Of a stretch of 64,000 bases of DNA, positions 46,777 through 55,023 are shown one piece after another. Both the position numbers and the translations under genes were made by a program. Every line of letters begins with the position of its first letter. Position 1 is the stretch's first letter. Origin of the DNA: Lachnospiraceae bacterium (GTDB lineage Bacteria > Bacillota > Clostridia > Lachnospirales > Lachnospiraceae); assembly GCA_045597165.1 (NCBI GenBank), contig JAZODS010000020.1:37281-101280 (forward strand). Direction: 5' to 3'. Below the pieces are notes generated by a model. It saw nothing but the letters and a program-made list of their open reading frames with translations. It was not told the DNA's origin and did not search any database.

Positions 46777-47061
46777 ATGTTGAAGATGAACCTTCAGTTA
46801 TTTGCTCATAAAAAGGGTGTTGGTTCCACTAAGAATGGTAGAGATTCTGAGTCCAAGAGATTGGGCGCTAAGAGAGCAGATGGCCAGTTCGTAAAGGCTG
46901 GTAACATTTTGTTCAGACAGCGTGGTACCAAGATTCATCCCGGCGTTAATGTTGGCCGTGGTGGTGATGATACACTCTATGCTTTGGTTGATGGAACTTT
47001 GAAGTTCGAGACAAAGGCTAAGGGTAAGAAGCAGGCTAGCGTATATCCTGTTGCTGAGTAA
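46777..47061 (+). CDS. rpmA: 50S ribosomal protein L27 with a Prp-cleaved N-terminal propeptide
   Basis: [24 protein letters not shown]. The N-terminal extension ending in LQLF-A is the Prp cleavage motif. ATG 46777 lies 8 nt after ggagg. Confidence 0.96.
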   Translation: MLKMNLQLFAHKKGVGSTKNGRDSESKRLGAKRADGQFVKAGNILFRQRGTKIHPGVNVGRGGDDTLYALVDGTLKFETKAKGKKQASVYPVAE

Positions 47062-47077
47062 TATTTGAACTACGACG

Positions 47078-47127
47078 CCCCGATGTGTGCCATTCGAAGT
47101 GATGAGCGACATTGGGGTGTTTTTTTA
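47078..47127 (+). terminator. Intrinsic terminator after rpmA
   Basis: ccccgatgt...acattgggg followed by tgttttttt. Confidence 0.7.
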
Positions 47128-47193
47128 ATCATGGAAGTGCATCATAATAGTTAAAAGGATGCGTTTTCGCGCAGTATTTTATGGAGGAATTCT

Positions 47194-48480
47194 ATGTTTG
47201 CAGATACAGCGACAATCTTTATCAGCTCCGGCAATGGCGGTGATGGTCATGTTGGCTTTCGTCGTGAGATGTTTGTTGCTGCCGGTGGTCCTAACGGTGG
47301 CGACGGCGGTCGTGGCGGAGATTTGATTTTTGAGGTTGATAAGGGCTTGAACACCTTGAATGATTTCCGATATGTTCGAAAGTATCGTGCCGAGAACGGT
47401 ATGAATGGTGGCAATAACAATTGCTCCGGTCGCGACGGCGAGGATATGGTTATCAAGGTGCCCGAAGGAACTGTCATTAAGGATGCGGAATCCGGCAAGG
47501 TAATTGCGGACATGTCGCATGACAACACCCGCGTAACGGTTTTGCGCGGCGGTCGTGGCGGTAAGGGCAATCAGCATTACGCTACCGCAACTATGCAGGT
47601 GCCTAAGTATGCGCAGCCCGGTCAGAAGGGTCGTGAGCTGACTGTTCTGCTGGAGCTTAAGGTAATTGCGGACGTTGGTCTTGTAGGCTTCCCGAATGTA
47701 GGTAAGTCGACATTCCTTTCTCGCATTTCCAATGCAAGACCGAAGATTGCAAACTATCATTTCACCACTTTGAATCCGAATCTCGGTGTAGTAGACCTGG
47801 AGGGTACGAACGGCTTCGTCGTTGCAGACATTCCGGGATTGATCGAGGGTGCCTCCGAGGGCGTCGGTCTCGGTCACGAGTTTTTGAAGCATGTAGAGCG
47901 TTGTAAGGTTATCATTCATGTTGTGGATGCAGCGTCTACGGAAGGTCGCGATCCGGTGGATGACATTCGTAAGATCAACAATGAGCTTTCGCAATATAGT
48001 GAGGTGCTTGCGAACAAGCCTCAGATTATTGCCGCTAATAAGATGGACCTCTATACGGAGGAGGAAAAACAGATAGCTCTTGAGCTGATGCACCAGGAGC
48101 TTGGAGAGGATATTACGATTATCCCGATCTCCGCGGCTACCGGTTATGGCGTAAAAGAGCTTCTTTACGCAGCATACAATATGCTTCAGCAGATCGAAGA
48201 CACTCCGATTGTCTTTGCGCAGGAGTATTTCCCTGAGACGGCACATGCGGCTGATGAACCGTATACGGTATCGTATGATCCGGATGATTGCATGTTCGTT
48301 GTGGAAGGTCCCCGTATCGAGCGTATGCTCGGTTATACAAATCTCGATTCCGAGAAGGGCTTTGAGTTCTTCCAGAACTTCCTCAAGACAAATGGTATTC
48401 TGGACGAGCTTGAGGCACTTGGTATTCAAGACGGTGATACGGTTCGTATGTACGGTCTACAATTTGATTATTACAAATGA
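47194..48480 (+). CDS. obg: GTPase Obg/CgtA
   Basis: MFADTATIFISSGNGGDGHVGFRRE, G1 GFPNVGKS, C-terminal OCT domain. Confidence 0.96.
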   Translation: MFADTATIFISSGNGGDGHVGFRREMFVAAGGPNGGDGGRGGDLIFEVDKGLNTLNDFRYVRKYRAENGMNGGNNNCSGRDGEDMVIKVPEGTVIKDAESGKVIADMSHDNTRVTVLRGGRGGKGNQHYATATMQVPKYAQPGQKGRELTVLLELKVIADVGLVGFPNVGKSTFLSRISNARPKIANYHFTTLNPNLGVVDLEGTNGFVVADIPGLIEGASEGVGLGHEFLKHVERCKVIIHVVDAASTEGRDPVDDIRKINNELSQYSEVLANKPQIIAANKMDLYTEEEKQIALELMHQELGEDITIIPISAATGYGVKELLYAAYNMLQQIEDTPIVFAQEYFPETAHAADEPYTVSYDPDDCMFVVEGPRIERMLGYTNLDSEKGFEFFQNFLKTNGILDELEALGIQDGDTVRMYGLQFDYYK

Positions 48481-48527
48481 TGCTTCGAGCATTTTCGCTA
48501 TATGACATAGCAGAATAGGAGTTAGAT

Positions 48528-48818
48528 ATGACAAGCAAACAGCGTTCCTATTTGAAGGGCCTTGCGATGAAGATTGATCCGATCTTTCAAATCGGCAAAG
48601 GCAGAATTACGCCCGAGTTGACGGAAGCAATCCGTGAGGCGCTTGAGGCGAGAGAATTGATTAAGATCAGTGTGTTGAACAACTGTCTTGAAAATCCGAA
48701 GGACTTGGCAGAGGTGCTTTCCGAGCGTACCGGCGCAGCGGTTGTTCAGGTAATCGGCAAGAAGATTGTTCTTTACAAGGAATCGAAGAATAAGAAGAAA
48801 ATCGAACTGCCTAAGTAG
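48528..48818 (+). CDS. yhbY: Ribosome assembly RNA-binding protein YhbY (CRM domain)
   Basis: LTSKQRSYLKGLAMKIDPIFQIGKGRITPEL...ELIKISVL. Confidence 0.9.
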   Translation: MTSKQRSYLKGLAMKIDPIFQIGKGRITPELTEAIREALEARELIKISVLNNCLENPKDLAEVLSERTGAAVVQVIGKKIVLYKESKNKKKIELPK

Positions 48819-48846
48819 ATTTGCCCGATGATTGTGAGGGAACTGT

Positions 48847-49443
48847 ATGAAGATTGGTATTCTCGGCGGAACATTTGACCCGATTCACAACGGACATATT
48901 GCCATTGCGCTGGCCGCAAAAAAGCAATGTGAGTTGGATGAGACTTGGTTGATGCCTGCAAAATTGCCGCCACACAAGCTGAACAAGGACATTTCCGAGG
49001 ACGAGCATCGAATTGCTATGCTTTCCGAGGTTGTTAAGGAATTCCCTGAGTTGAAGCTAAGTCTTTTTGAGTACGAAAGGGATTCCGTTTCGTATACGTA
49101 TGAAACGTTGCAAAGGCTTCGCAGATTGCGTCCGGACGTGGAGTGGTATTATATCATGGGTGAGGATTCTTTGGAGAATTTTACGACCTGGTATCTTCCG
49201 AGACAGATTGCTTCTATGGCAACGCTTGTTGTGGCACCAAGAGACGACGATGCGAACTCGTTACGAGAGCTCGCAGAGCTTCGTAGTGCACAATACAATG
49301 CAACGATTATCCCGCTGAGCATTCCGTGGAAGCCGATTTCTTCGAGCGAGATCAGAGCAAATGTGGAGTCCGGAGAATCGATAGCGGATATGGTGCCGGC
49401 ATCGGTTGTTTGTTATATCGACGAACACAATTTGTATCGCTGA
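48847..49443 (+). CDS. nadD: Nicotinate-nucleotide adenylyltransferase
   Basis: IGILGGTFDPIHNGH, ISSSEIR. Confidence 0.93.
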   Translation: MKIGILGGTFDPIHNGHIAIALAAKKQCELDETWLMPAKLPPHKLNKDISEDEHRIAMLSEVVKEFPELKLSLFEYERDSVSYTYETLQRLRRLRPDVEWYYIMGEDSLENFTTWYLPRQIASMATLVVAPRDDDANSLRELAELRSAQYNATIIPLSIPWKPISSSEIRANVESGESIADMVPASVVCYIDEHNLYR

Positions 49444-49544
49444 TTTCGTTCGTATACCGATCGAATATTTGGTTTTGGGTCTCTTGAGTCAATGAACGGA
49501 ATCGGAGCTTTGAATGGATATCGTGTGAGGAACGGAGGAGTACT

Positions 49545-50144
49545 GTGAACTCAGAACAGTGGAGACAATATTTCGAATACGAAGCTATGATGCAGGAACG
49601 CTTGTCTGAAAGACGATTTGCGCATAGCAGAGGCGTCGCATACACAGCTGCCGCGCTTGCCATGAAATACGGTGCAGATATCTATTCTGCTATGATAGCG
49701 GGCATCTTGCATGATTGCGCAAAGAACGTTTCCGACGAAGAGTTTTTACGATTTCATATGGAACTTTACCCGGGATCGGATGTAGAGGACGTTGTAGTGC
49801 CGCATTTGCTCCATGGGGAATATGGTGCCCATATGGCAGAGAAAATATATCATATTGATGACCCTCAGATTTTAAATGCCATCACATATCATACAACCGG
49901 TCGAACGAATATGTCGTTGCTTGAAAAGATTATCTACGTAGCGGACTATATCGAGCCTACGAGAAATATGAACACGCAACCACCGCTGGAAGACATTCGT
50001 CGTATGGCATTTGAAGATTTGGACCGATGTATCGTGACAATCATTCGTTGTGTTCTTGCGTATTTGCGTGAGAACGGATGGAAGATTAGCAAAGAAACCG
50101 AATATGTACTGGAACATTACGAAAGGAGTATCGAACATGAGTAA
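49545..50144 (+). CDS. yqeK: Bis(5'-nucleosyl)-tetraphosphatase, symmetrical (HD-domain YqeK)
   Basis: RFAHSRGVAYTAAALA, GILHDCAK, YHTTGR. GTG start after ggagg. Confidence 0.9.
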   Translation: MNSEQWRQYFEYEAMMQERLSERRFAHSRGVAYTAAALAMKYGADIYSAMIAGILHDCAKNVSDEEFLRFHMELYPGSDVEDVVVPHLLHGEYGAHMAEKIYHIDDPQILNAITYHTTGRTNMSLLEKIIYVADYIEPTRNMNTQPPLEDIRRMAFEDLDRCIVTIIRCVLAYLRENGWKISKETEYVLEHYERSIEHE

Positions 50145-50502
50145 AGTAAATTCGAAAAAGATAGCTTCTGTTGCTTATGCAGCATTGGACGACAAAAAAG
50201 GATATGACATTCGCGTAATTGATATTAGCGACATCTCCCCTGTTGCCGATTATTTTATCATTGCGGACGGTAATAACCCTTCGCAGGTAGAAGCGATGGT
50301 AGATGAGGTGAGAGATCGATTGCTTCAGCTTGGCTTTGAACCAAAGAGAATTGAGGGCGCTCGCAATAGCGGCTGGATCTTGATGGATTACGGCGATGTT
50401 GTTGTTCATGTGTTCTCTTCGCAGGATAGATTGTTCTATGATCTTGAAAGAGTATGGCGAGATGGACAGGTGATCTCCAAAGAGCAGCTGGACGAAGAAT
50501 AG
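50137..50502 (+). CDS. rsfS: Ribosome silencing factor RsfS
   Basis: KKGYDIRVIDISDISPVADYFIIADGNNPSQVEAMVDEV, VVVHVFSSQDRLFYDLERVW. 8-nt overlap with yqeK. Confidence 0.92.
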   Translation: MSKVNSKKIASVAYAALDDKKGYDIRVIDISDISPVADYFIIADGNNPSQVEAMVDEVRDRLLQLGFEPKRIEGARNSGWILMDYGDVVVHVFSSQDRLFYDLERVWRDGQVISKEQLDEE

Positions 50503-50561
50503 AACATCTGAATTGCAAATGCTCTGACATAACGAATTGCAATGAAATCATATTGAGAAAA

Positions 50562-50590
50562 GTGCGGGCAATGAATGTCCGCACTTTTTT
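50562..50590. terminator. Bidirectional terminator between rsfS and lexA
   Basis: gtgcgg-loop-ccgcac followed by tttttt; the left flank is A-rich, serving the minus strand. Confidence 0.6.
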
Positions 50591-50637
50591 GTAGTATATC
50601 TCTTGTCTGTTAGGCTGTAGTAGCGCTGTTGTCGGAG

Positions 50638-51252
50638 CTAACGATACATACGGAACAAACCGATTACCTTACCGAGAATCTCGAGATCCTTGACAATGAT
50701 GGGATCCATGGAGTCATTCTCGGGCTGAAGACGGTGGTAGCCATCCTCTCGATAATACGTCTTAACCGTTGCGGAATCGTCAACAAGTGCGACAACGATA
50801 TCACCGTTGCGAGCGGTAGACTGTCTCTCTACAAGAATCTGATCGCCATCGTATATTCCGACGTTGATCATACTGTCACCCTTTACACGCAGCATAAATG
50901 TCTCTGCGTTCGGCATAAACTCAGAAGGAATAGGGAAGTAGTTCTCAATCTGTTCTACCGCCAAAATCGGAACACCGGCGGTAACCGTGCCGACCATCGG
51001 AACGTTCACTACTTCACGACGAGTCAGGGCGAATACGTCGTCTACAATCTCAATGGCACGCGGCTTAGCGGGATCACGACGGATGTATCCGTTCTCCTCT
51101 AATGTCTCCAAATGTGCGTGTACGGACGAAGTGGAGCGCAACTTAACTGCTTCGCAGATGTCGCGAACCGAAGGCGGATAGCCTTTGCTTAAAATCTGGC
51201 TCTTGATGTATTCTAAAATCTCTTGTTGCTTCTGGGTAATCTTTTCCTTCAT
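50638..51252 (-). CDS. lexA: SOS repressor LexA
   Basis: wHTH N-terminus ([28 protein letters not shown]), cleavage site VTAG, S24 peptidase GDSM ... NGDIVVA. Confidence 0.96.
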   Translation of the reverse strand: MKEKITQKQQEILEYIKSQILSKGYPPSVRDICEAVKLRSTSSVHAHLETLEENGYIRRDPAKPRAIEIVDDVFALTRREVVNVPMVGTVTAGVPILAVEQIENYFPIPSEFMPNAETFMLRVKGDSMINVGIYDGDQILVERQSTARNGDIVVALVDDSATVKTYYREDGYHRLQPENDSMDPIIVKDLEILGKVIGLFRMYR

Positions 51253-51285
51253 ATCATAACCCTCCTACGGTACCTTTGTACCTAT

Positions 51286-51314
51286 AGTATACCATAGTCT
51301 CAAAACAGAATCAA
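51286..51314 (-). promoter_or_regulatory. lexA promoter
   Basis: Minus strand TTGATT-17 nt-TATACT. A LexA box abuts the -35. Confidence 0.55.
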
Positions 51315-51326
51315 AACATTTGTTCG
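51313..51326. promoter_or_regulatory. LexA (Cheo-type) box 1, overlapping the lexA -35
   Basis: Minus strand CGAACAAATGTTTT, one mismatch to CGAAC-N4-GTTCG. Confidence 0.6.
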
Positions 51327-51345
51327 AAAATGTTGCACAAATAAT

Positions 51346-51359
51346 CGAACATATTTTCG
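51346..51359. promoter_or_regulatory. LexA box 2 (imperfect)
   Basis: CGAACATATTTTCG, one mismatch in the right half-site. Confidence 0.5.
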
Positions 51360-51383
51360 GTAAATTTGATGAATAAGTACTTG

Positions 51384-51412
51384 TTGACATAAGAACAAAT
51401 GTTCGCTATAAT
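51384..51412 (+). promoter_or_regulatory. Consensus sigma-A promoter of the yneA-like gene
   Basis: TTGACA-17 nt-TATAAT, with LexA box 3 filling the spacer. Confidence 0.7.
51392..51405. promoter_or_regulatory. LexA box 3 (perfect half-sites), inside the promoter spacer
   Basis: AGAACAAATGTTCG. Confidence 0.8.
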
Positions 51413-51418
51413 ACAGAC

Positions 51419-51432
51419 AGAACGAATGTTCG
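51419..51432. promoter_or_regulatory. LexA box 4 (perfect half-sites), just downstream of the -10
   Basis: AGAACGAATGTTCG. Confidence 0.8.
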
Positions 51433-51533
51433 AACGACAAGTAGTTGTTGTGATTGCGATATTATCATTGTTTCTTGAATTGAGATGCTGATTAGTATAC
51501 CTAAGAGACTGGATTTACAATAAGGAGATTGTT

Positions 51534-51836
51534 ATGAACCGAGTATTTGAAAAGAAGAGATTATCTGTAGTTGTTATGGCTTTGGCGCTTATGGTTTTGT
51601 TTGTTCTTGTTCTGTTCTGTGATTTGAAGGAGGCACAGGGTCATTCGAACAGTAAGAAGACTGTCACATCCGTATATATCAACGAAGGTGACAGCCTGTG
51701 GAGTATTGCTTCTAGATTTTATAGCGATGAATGCGGAGATATGGACGATTACATCGATGAGATTTGCGATACGAATCATCTTACTTCATCCACAATTCAC
51801 ACAGGGAACTATTTGATCATCCCGTATTATTATTGA
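51534..51836 (+). CDS. LysM-domain membrane protein, YneA-like SOS cell-division inhibitor
   Basis: 100 aa. One TM (LSVVVMALALMVLFVLVLF) plus LysM (YINEGDSLWSIASRFY...GNYLIIP). Divergent from lexA behind LexA boxes, as for B. subtilis yneA. Confidence 0.7.
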   Translation: MNRVFEKKRLSVVVMALALMVLFVLVLFCDLKEAQGHSNSKKTVTSVYINEGDSLWSIASRFYSDECGDMDDYIDEICDTNHLTSSTIHTGNYLIIPYYY

Positions 51837-51927
51837 TTGAATATCATTGATAGTTTGCAATTTTGCATTGATGATGTTGAATGACTTTTATAGACTTTAT
51901 TGACGAAGGACTTTTATTGGCGAAGGA

Positions 51928-52644
51928 CTAGTCTTGCTTCCATGTTGTTATCGTTCCGCTGAGTATAGCACGAAACAGTCGATCGCGTACGCCGGGAGCA
52001 TCGGCATTTATGGATTTGATCAGGTTTTTGATATCCTCGCGCTTCGTGTAACCATCTGCAGGACAAGGGTTTTTGAATACCGGTAGATCGTATATATTCA
52101 TAAATCCGACGACGTCGCACTCGTTTACGTAGATTAGCGGGCGAATTAATGTAATGTCCATTCTATCGAGATACGTTACCGGTGCGAATGTATGGAATCG
52201 ACCTTCGTACAGCAGTGACATCAGCATGGTTTCAATTACATCATCCTTATGATGTGCATATGCGAGCTTGTTACAACCGAGTTTCTTCGCTTCTTCATTG
52301 AAAGCCCCTTTTCTCATCTTGGAACAGAGCGAACAGGGGTTTGTTTCTTTTCTGACATCGAATACAACCTCGGCTATCTGTGTCTCTACAACGTGAAATT
52401 CTACATTTAGTTTTGCACATAGTTCGCGAACTTTTGTGTAATCAATGTCGTATCCGAGATTCACGGAGATTGCGATGAGTTCGAAGGGGACAGGGTAGAA
52501 CCTTCTGAGCTCTGCAAGAGCATATAAAAGAGTAAGACTGTCCTTACCTCCGGATATTCCGACGGCGATCTTATCGTTTTCTTTTATCATATGATAATCA
52601 TCTATAGCTCTTCTTGTATAACTTAACAGCTGCTGTAATTTCAT
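51928..52644 (-). CDS. PP-loop ATPase, tRNA 2-thiocytidine synthetase TtcA-like
   Basis: VGISGGKDSLTLL PP-loop; CSLCSKMRKG and a second Cys motif NPCPADG. Confidence 0.85.
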   Translation of the reverse strand: MKLQQLLSYTRRAIDDYHMIKENDKIAVGISGGKDSLTLLYALAELRRFYPVPFELIAISVNLGYDIDYTKVRELCAKLNVEFHVVETQIAEVVFDVRKETNPCSLCSKMRKGAFNEEAKKLGCNKLAYAHHKDDVIETMLMSLLYEGRFHTFAPVTYLDRMDITLIRPLIYVNECDVVGFMNIYDLPVFKNPCPADGYTKREDIKNLIKSINADAPGVRDRLFRAILSGTITTWKQD

Positions 52645-52808
52645 AATAACCTCTTCTCAATGAGTTTCTGTATTTGAATTCCGAATGAATATGCATAATT
52701 ATATCGTATCGCACGTCATTAATCAATAATATGGTGCCATCTTCGCAAAAATACTAGTATATTATTAGGTCACATGTTACAATATATTTAGTCCGTTTCG
52801 GAGGTGTT

Positions 52809-53732
52809 ATGATGAATATTCATGTTCAGAAGATTGGCAATGAGATTAAGAAAAATATAAAAGGTAAAGACGGAATTATCAGCAAGGTGATATGCGCCAT
52901 GCTGGCCGGAGGACACATTTTGCTTGAGGATATTCCGGGTGTCGGCAAGACGACATTGGCGGTTTCCCTTTCGAAGGCGATGTCGCTGCAATACAAGCGT
53001 GTTCAGTTTACACCGGACGTTATGCCGAGTGACATTACAGGTTATTCGATGTTCAATATGCAAAAGCAGGAGTTTGAATATCATGAAGGTGCCGCTATGT
53101 GTAATTTGCTTTTAGCGGACGAGATTAACCGTACATCTCCTAAGACACAATCTGCATTGCTCGAGATTATGGAAGAGGGACGTGTTACTGTTGATGGAGT
53201 AACGAGATATGTTCCGAATCCGTTTTTAGTTATAGCGACGCAGAATCCATTTGGTTCTGCAGGTACACAAAGGCTTCCGGAGTCGCAGTTGGACCGATTT
53301 ATGATACGTCTTTCCATGGGCTATCCCAATCACGATTCTGCAATTGATATTTTACGTGCGGATGTATCTAATAAAGAGATTGTTCCCGCAATCGGTCCTG
53401 AGCAGTTGCTTGATCTTCAAGAGGCAGTTCGTTCGGTATATGTTGATGATTCGATTTTTGAGATGATTGTTAACTTTACCGAGGCCACAAGAAATTCTGA
53501 GTATATTCAGCTTGGTCTGAGCCCTCGTGGTAGTAAGGCTCTTTTGCGTATGGCAAGAGCTCAGGCACTGATACTTGATAGAAGCTTTGTTACCGCCGAA
53601 GATGTGTTAGCAAATCTTCAAGCTGTTGTTACACATCGTTTGGTTTTGAGCGCGAAGGCAAAAGCTAAGAACATGGAAGTGGAACAAGTAATCAAAGAAA
53701 TATTAAACGATATGCGTGTCCCTAAGATCTAA
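52809..53732 (+). CDS. MoxR-family AAA+ ATPase
   Basis: GHILLEDIPGVGKTTLA (Walker A), LLADEINR (Walker B), ATQNP. Confidence 0.92.
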   Translation: MMNIHVQKIGNEIKKNIKGKDGIISKVICAMLAGGHILLEDIPGVGKTTLAVSLSKAMSLQYKRVQFTPDVMPSDITGYSMFNMQKQEFEYHEGAAMCNLLLADEINRTSPKTQSALLEIMEEGRVTVDGVTRYVPNPFLVIATQNPFGSAGTQRLPESQLDRFMIRLSMGYPNHDSAIDILRADVSNKEIVPAIGPEQLLDLQEAVRSVYVDDSIFEMIVNFTEATRNSEYIQLGLSPRGSKALLRMARAQALILDRSFVTAEDVLANLQAVVTHRLVLSAKAKAKNMEVEQVIKEILNDMRVPKI

Positions 53733-53762
53733 TGCTGTCTTAATGGATGTTCGGAGGAATCG

Positions 53763-54836
53763 ATGAAGAATAGAGTCGTTGCATACATAACTTACTTTGT
53801 TTTCTTGGTGACTGTTATATTCTTATATGTATTTAACAATCACCCTGTAACATTGTTGGTATTGTTTGCAACGATTTTGTTTCCTGTCATTTCGATTATC
53901 ATACATTTGTCACAAGGGAGAAAGATTGAGGTTTCCATTCGATTTGATGATACGTGGTGTGCCAGAAATGATACTGTCCATTTGATTATTCGTGCAACAA
54001 ACCATTCCTGGTTTCCTCAGACGAAGGTTACGGTACAGTTTGGGATTAACGACATTCATTCGATGAATGACTATATTCACGAATATGCAATTTATGTACC
54101 GGCTCATCAGACGAAGGAATATTTGGTTCCGTTGCATTTTTCCTATTGTGGAGTGTTTGTTGCGTCGATTGCAGCTGTGGTGAGTAACGATATTATTGAT
54201 TTTGTTTCTACTCGCTTGCACGCCGAATCAAAGGCTGAAATAGTTGTTATGCCGTCCAGAATCCCCCTTGGTATTTCGCTAAATGAGTTGGATGGTTCCG
54301 CGGATGAGGAGGAAGAGGTTGAATTGGCCAAAAAGGGCGATGATCCTTCGGAAATATATGATTATCGCGAATATCAAGCAGGTGATAGATTGAACGTGAT
54401 TCACTGGAAGCTCACCGCAAAGGAATCTGAGTTTATTGTAAAGGAGTTTGGCGCGGTTACCGGCGAACAATTCTCGGTTTATGTGGATAACAACTATAAA
54501 GATAATCGCAGCAAAGATGCTCTTTTTGATTTGCTGTTTTCCTTGTGTAAAGAGCTGTGCGATTCTAAAGTCTATTTCTCAATGTATTGGTGGAATTACG
54601 GAACCGATTCTTTGGAAAGGCGTCGAGTTATGACATTTGACGAGGCGATTACTACGATATTGGAACTTCTGTATTTAAAGTCAGCCGAGGCTGTTATGAA
54701 TCGTTCGGTACTAAGTGAGTTTTCTCGTTCTAGGTTGCTGCTTGTCACGACGCAAACATTCAAACGAAGTGGTCAATATCGTGTCATGGCAACCAATAAT
54801 AATTTGGCGCGTATATATGAATATTCAGTCGAGTGA
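53763..54836 (+). CDS. DUF58-domain protein (MoxR partner), two N-terminal TM helices
   Basis: YDYREYQAGDRLNVIHWKLTAKESEFIVKEF is the DUF58 core. Confidence 0.88.
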   Translation: MKNRVVAYITYFVFLVTVIFLYVFNNHPVTLLVLFATILFPVISIIIHLSQGRKIEVSIRFDDTWCARNDTVHLIIRATNHSWFPQTKVTVQFGINDIHSMNDYIHEYAIYVPAHQTKEYLVPLHFSYCGVFVASIAAVVSNDIIDFVSTRLHAESKAEIVVMPSRIPLGISLNELDGSADEEEEVELAKKGDDPSEIYDYREYQAGDRLNVIHWKLTAKESEFIVKEFGAVTGEQFSVYVDNNYKDNRSKDALFDLLFSLCKELCDSKVYFSMYWWNYGTDSLERRRVMTFDEAITTILELLYLKSAEAVMNRSVLSEFSRSRLLLVTTQTFKRSGQYRVMATNNNLARIYEYSVE

Positions 54837-54916
54837 CGTTGAATGTGAATAGACCATTATGTTGATGTCCGCGGACCGTCATGTTATAAATGCTATGACT
54901 ATGAGGGTTTAAGATG

Positions 54917-55013
54917 TTGAAAGTCTAAGACAATGAAGAAAGTGAAAGTCTAAGACAATGAAAACAGTGAAAGTCTAAGAATATGAAGTCTAAGATAGTG
55001 AAAGTCTTTGATG
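54917..55013 (+). repeat. Intergenic tandem repeat, ~25-bp unit (gTGAAAGTCTAAGACAATGAAnAnn), about 4 copies with decay
   Basis: Core AGTCTAAGA at 54922, 54947, 54972 and 54987, with a degenerate copy at 55003. Confidence 0.85.
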
Positions 55014-55023
55014 GTGAATATCT

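Noticed and set aside
50629-51102. 157-aa plus-strand ORF opposite lexA and 281-aa plus-strand ORF (60731-61576) opposite rluD.
   Set aside because: These are shadow frames of well-supported genes, with no RBS and no motifs.
54917-55013. Possible CRISPR array, considered for both the 25-bp intergenic repeats and the 36-bp repeats at 39245-39460.
   Set aside because: The repeats are directly contiguous with no unique spacers. There are no cas genes. The 36-bp array is in-frame coding sequence.
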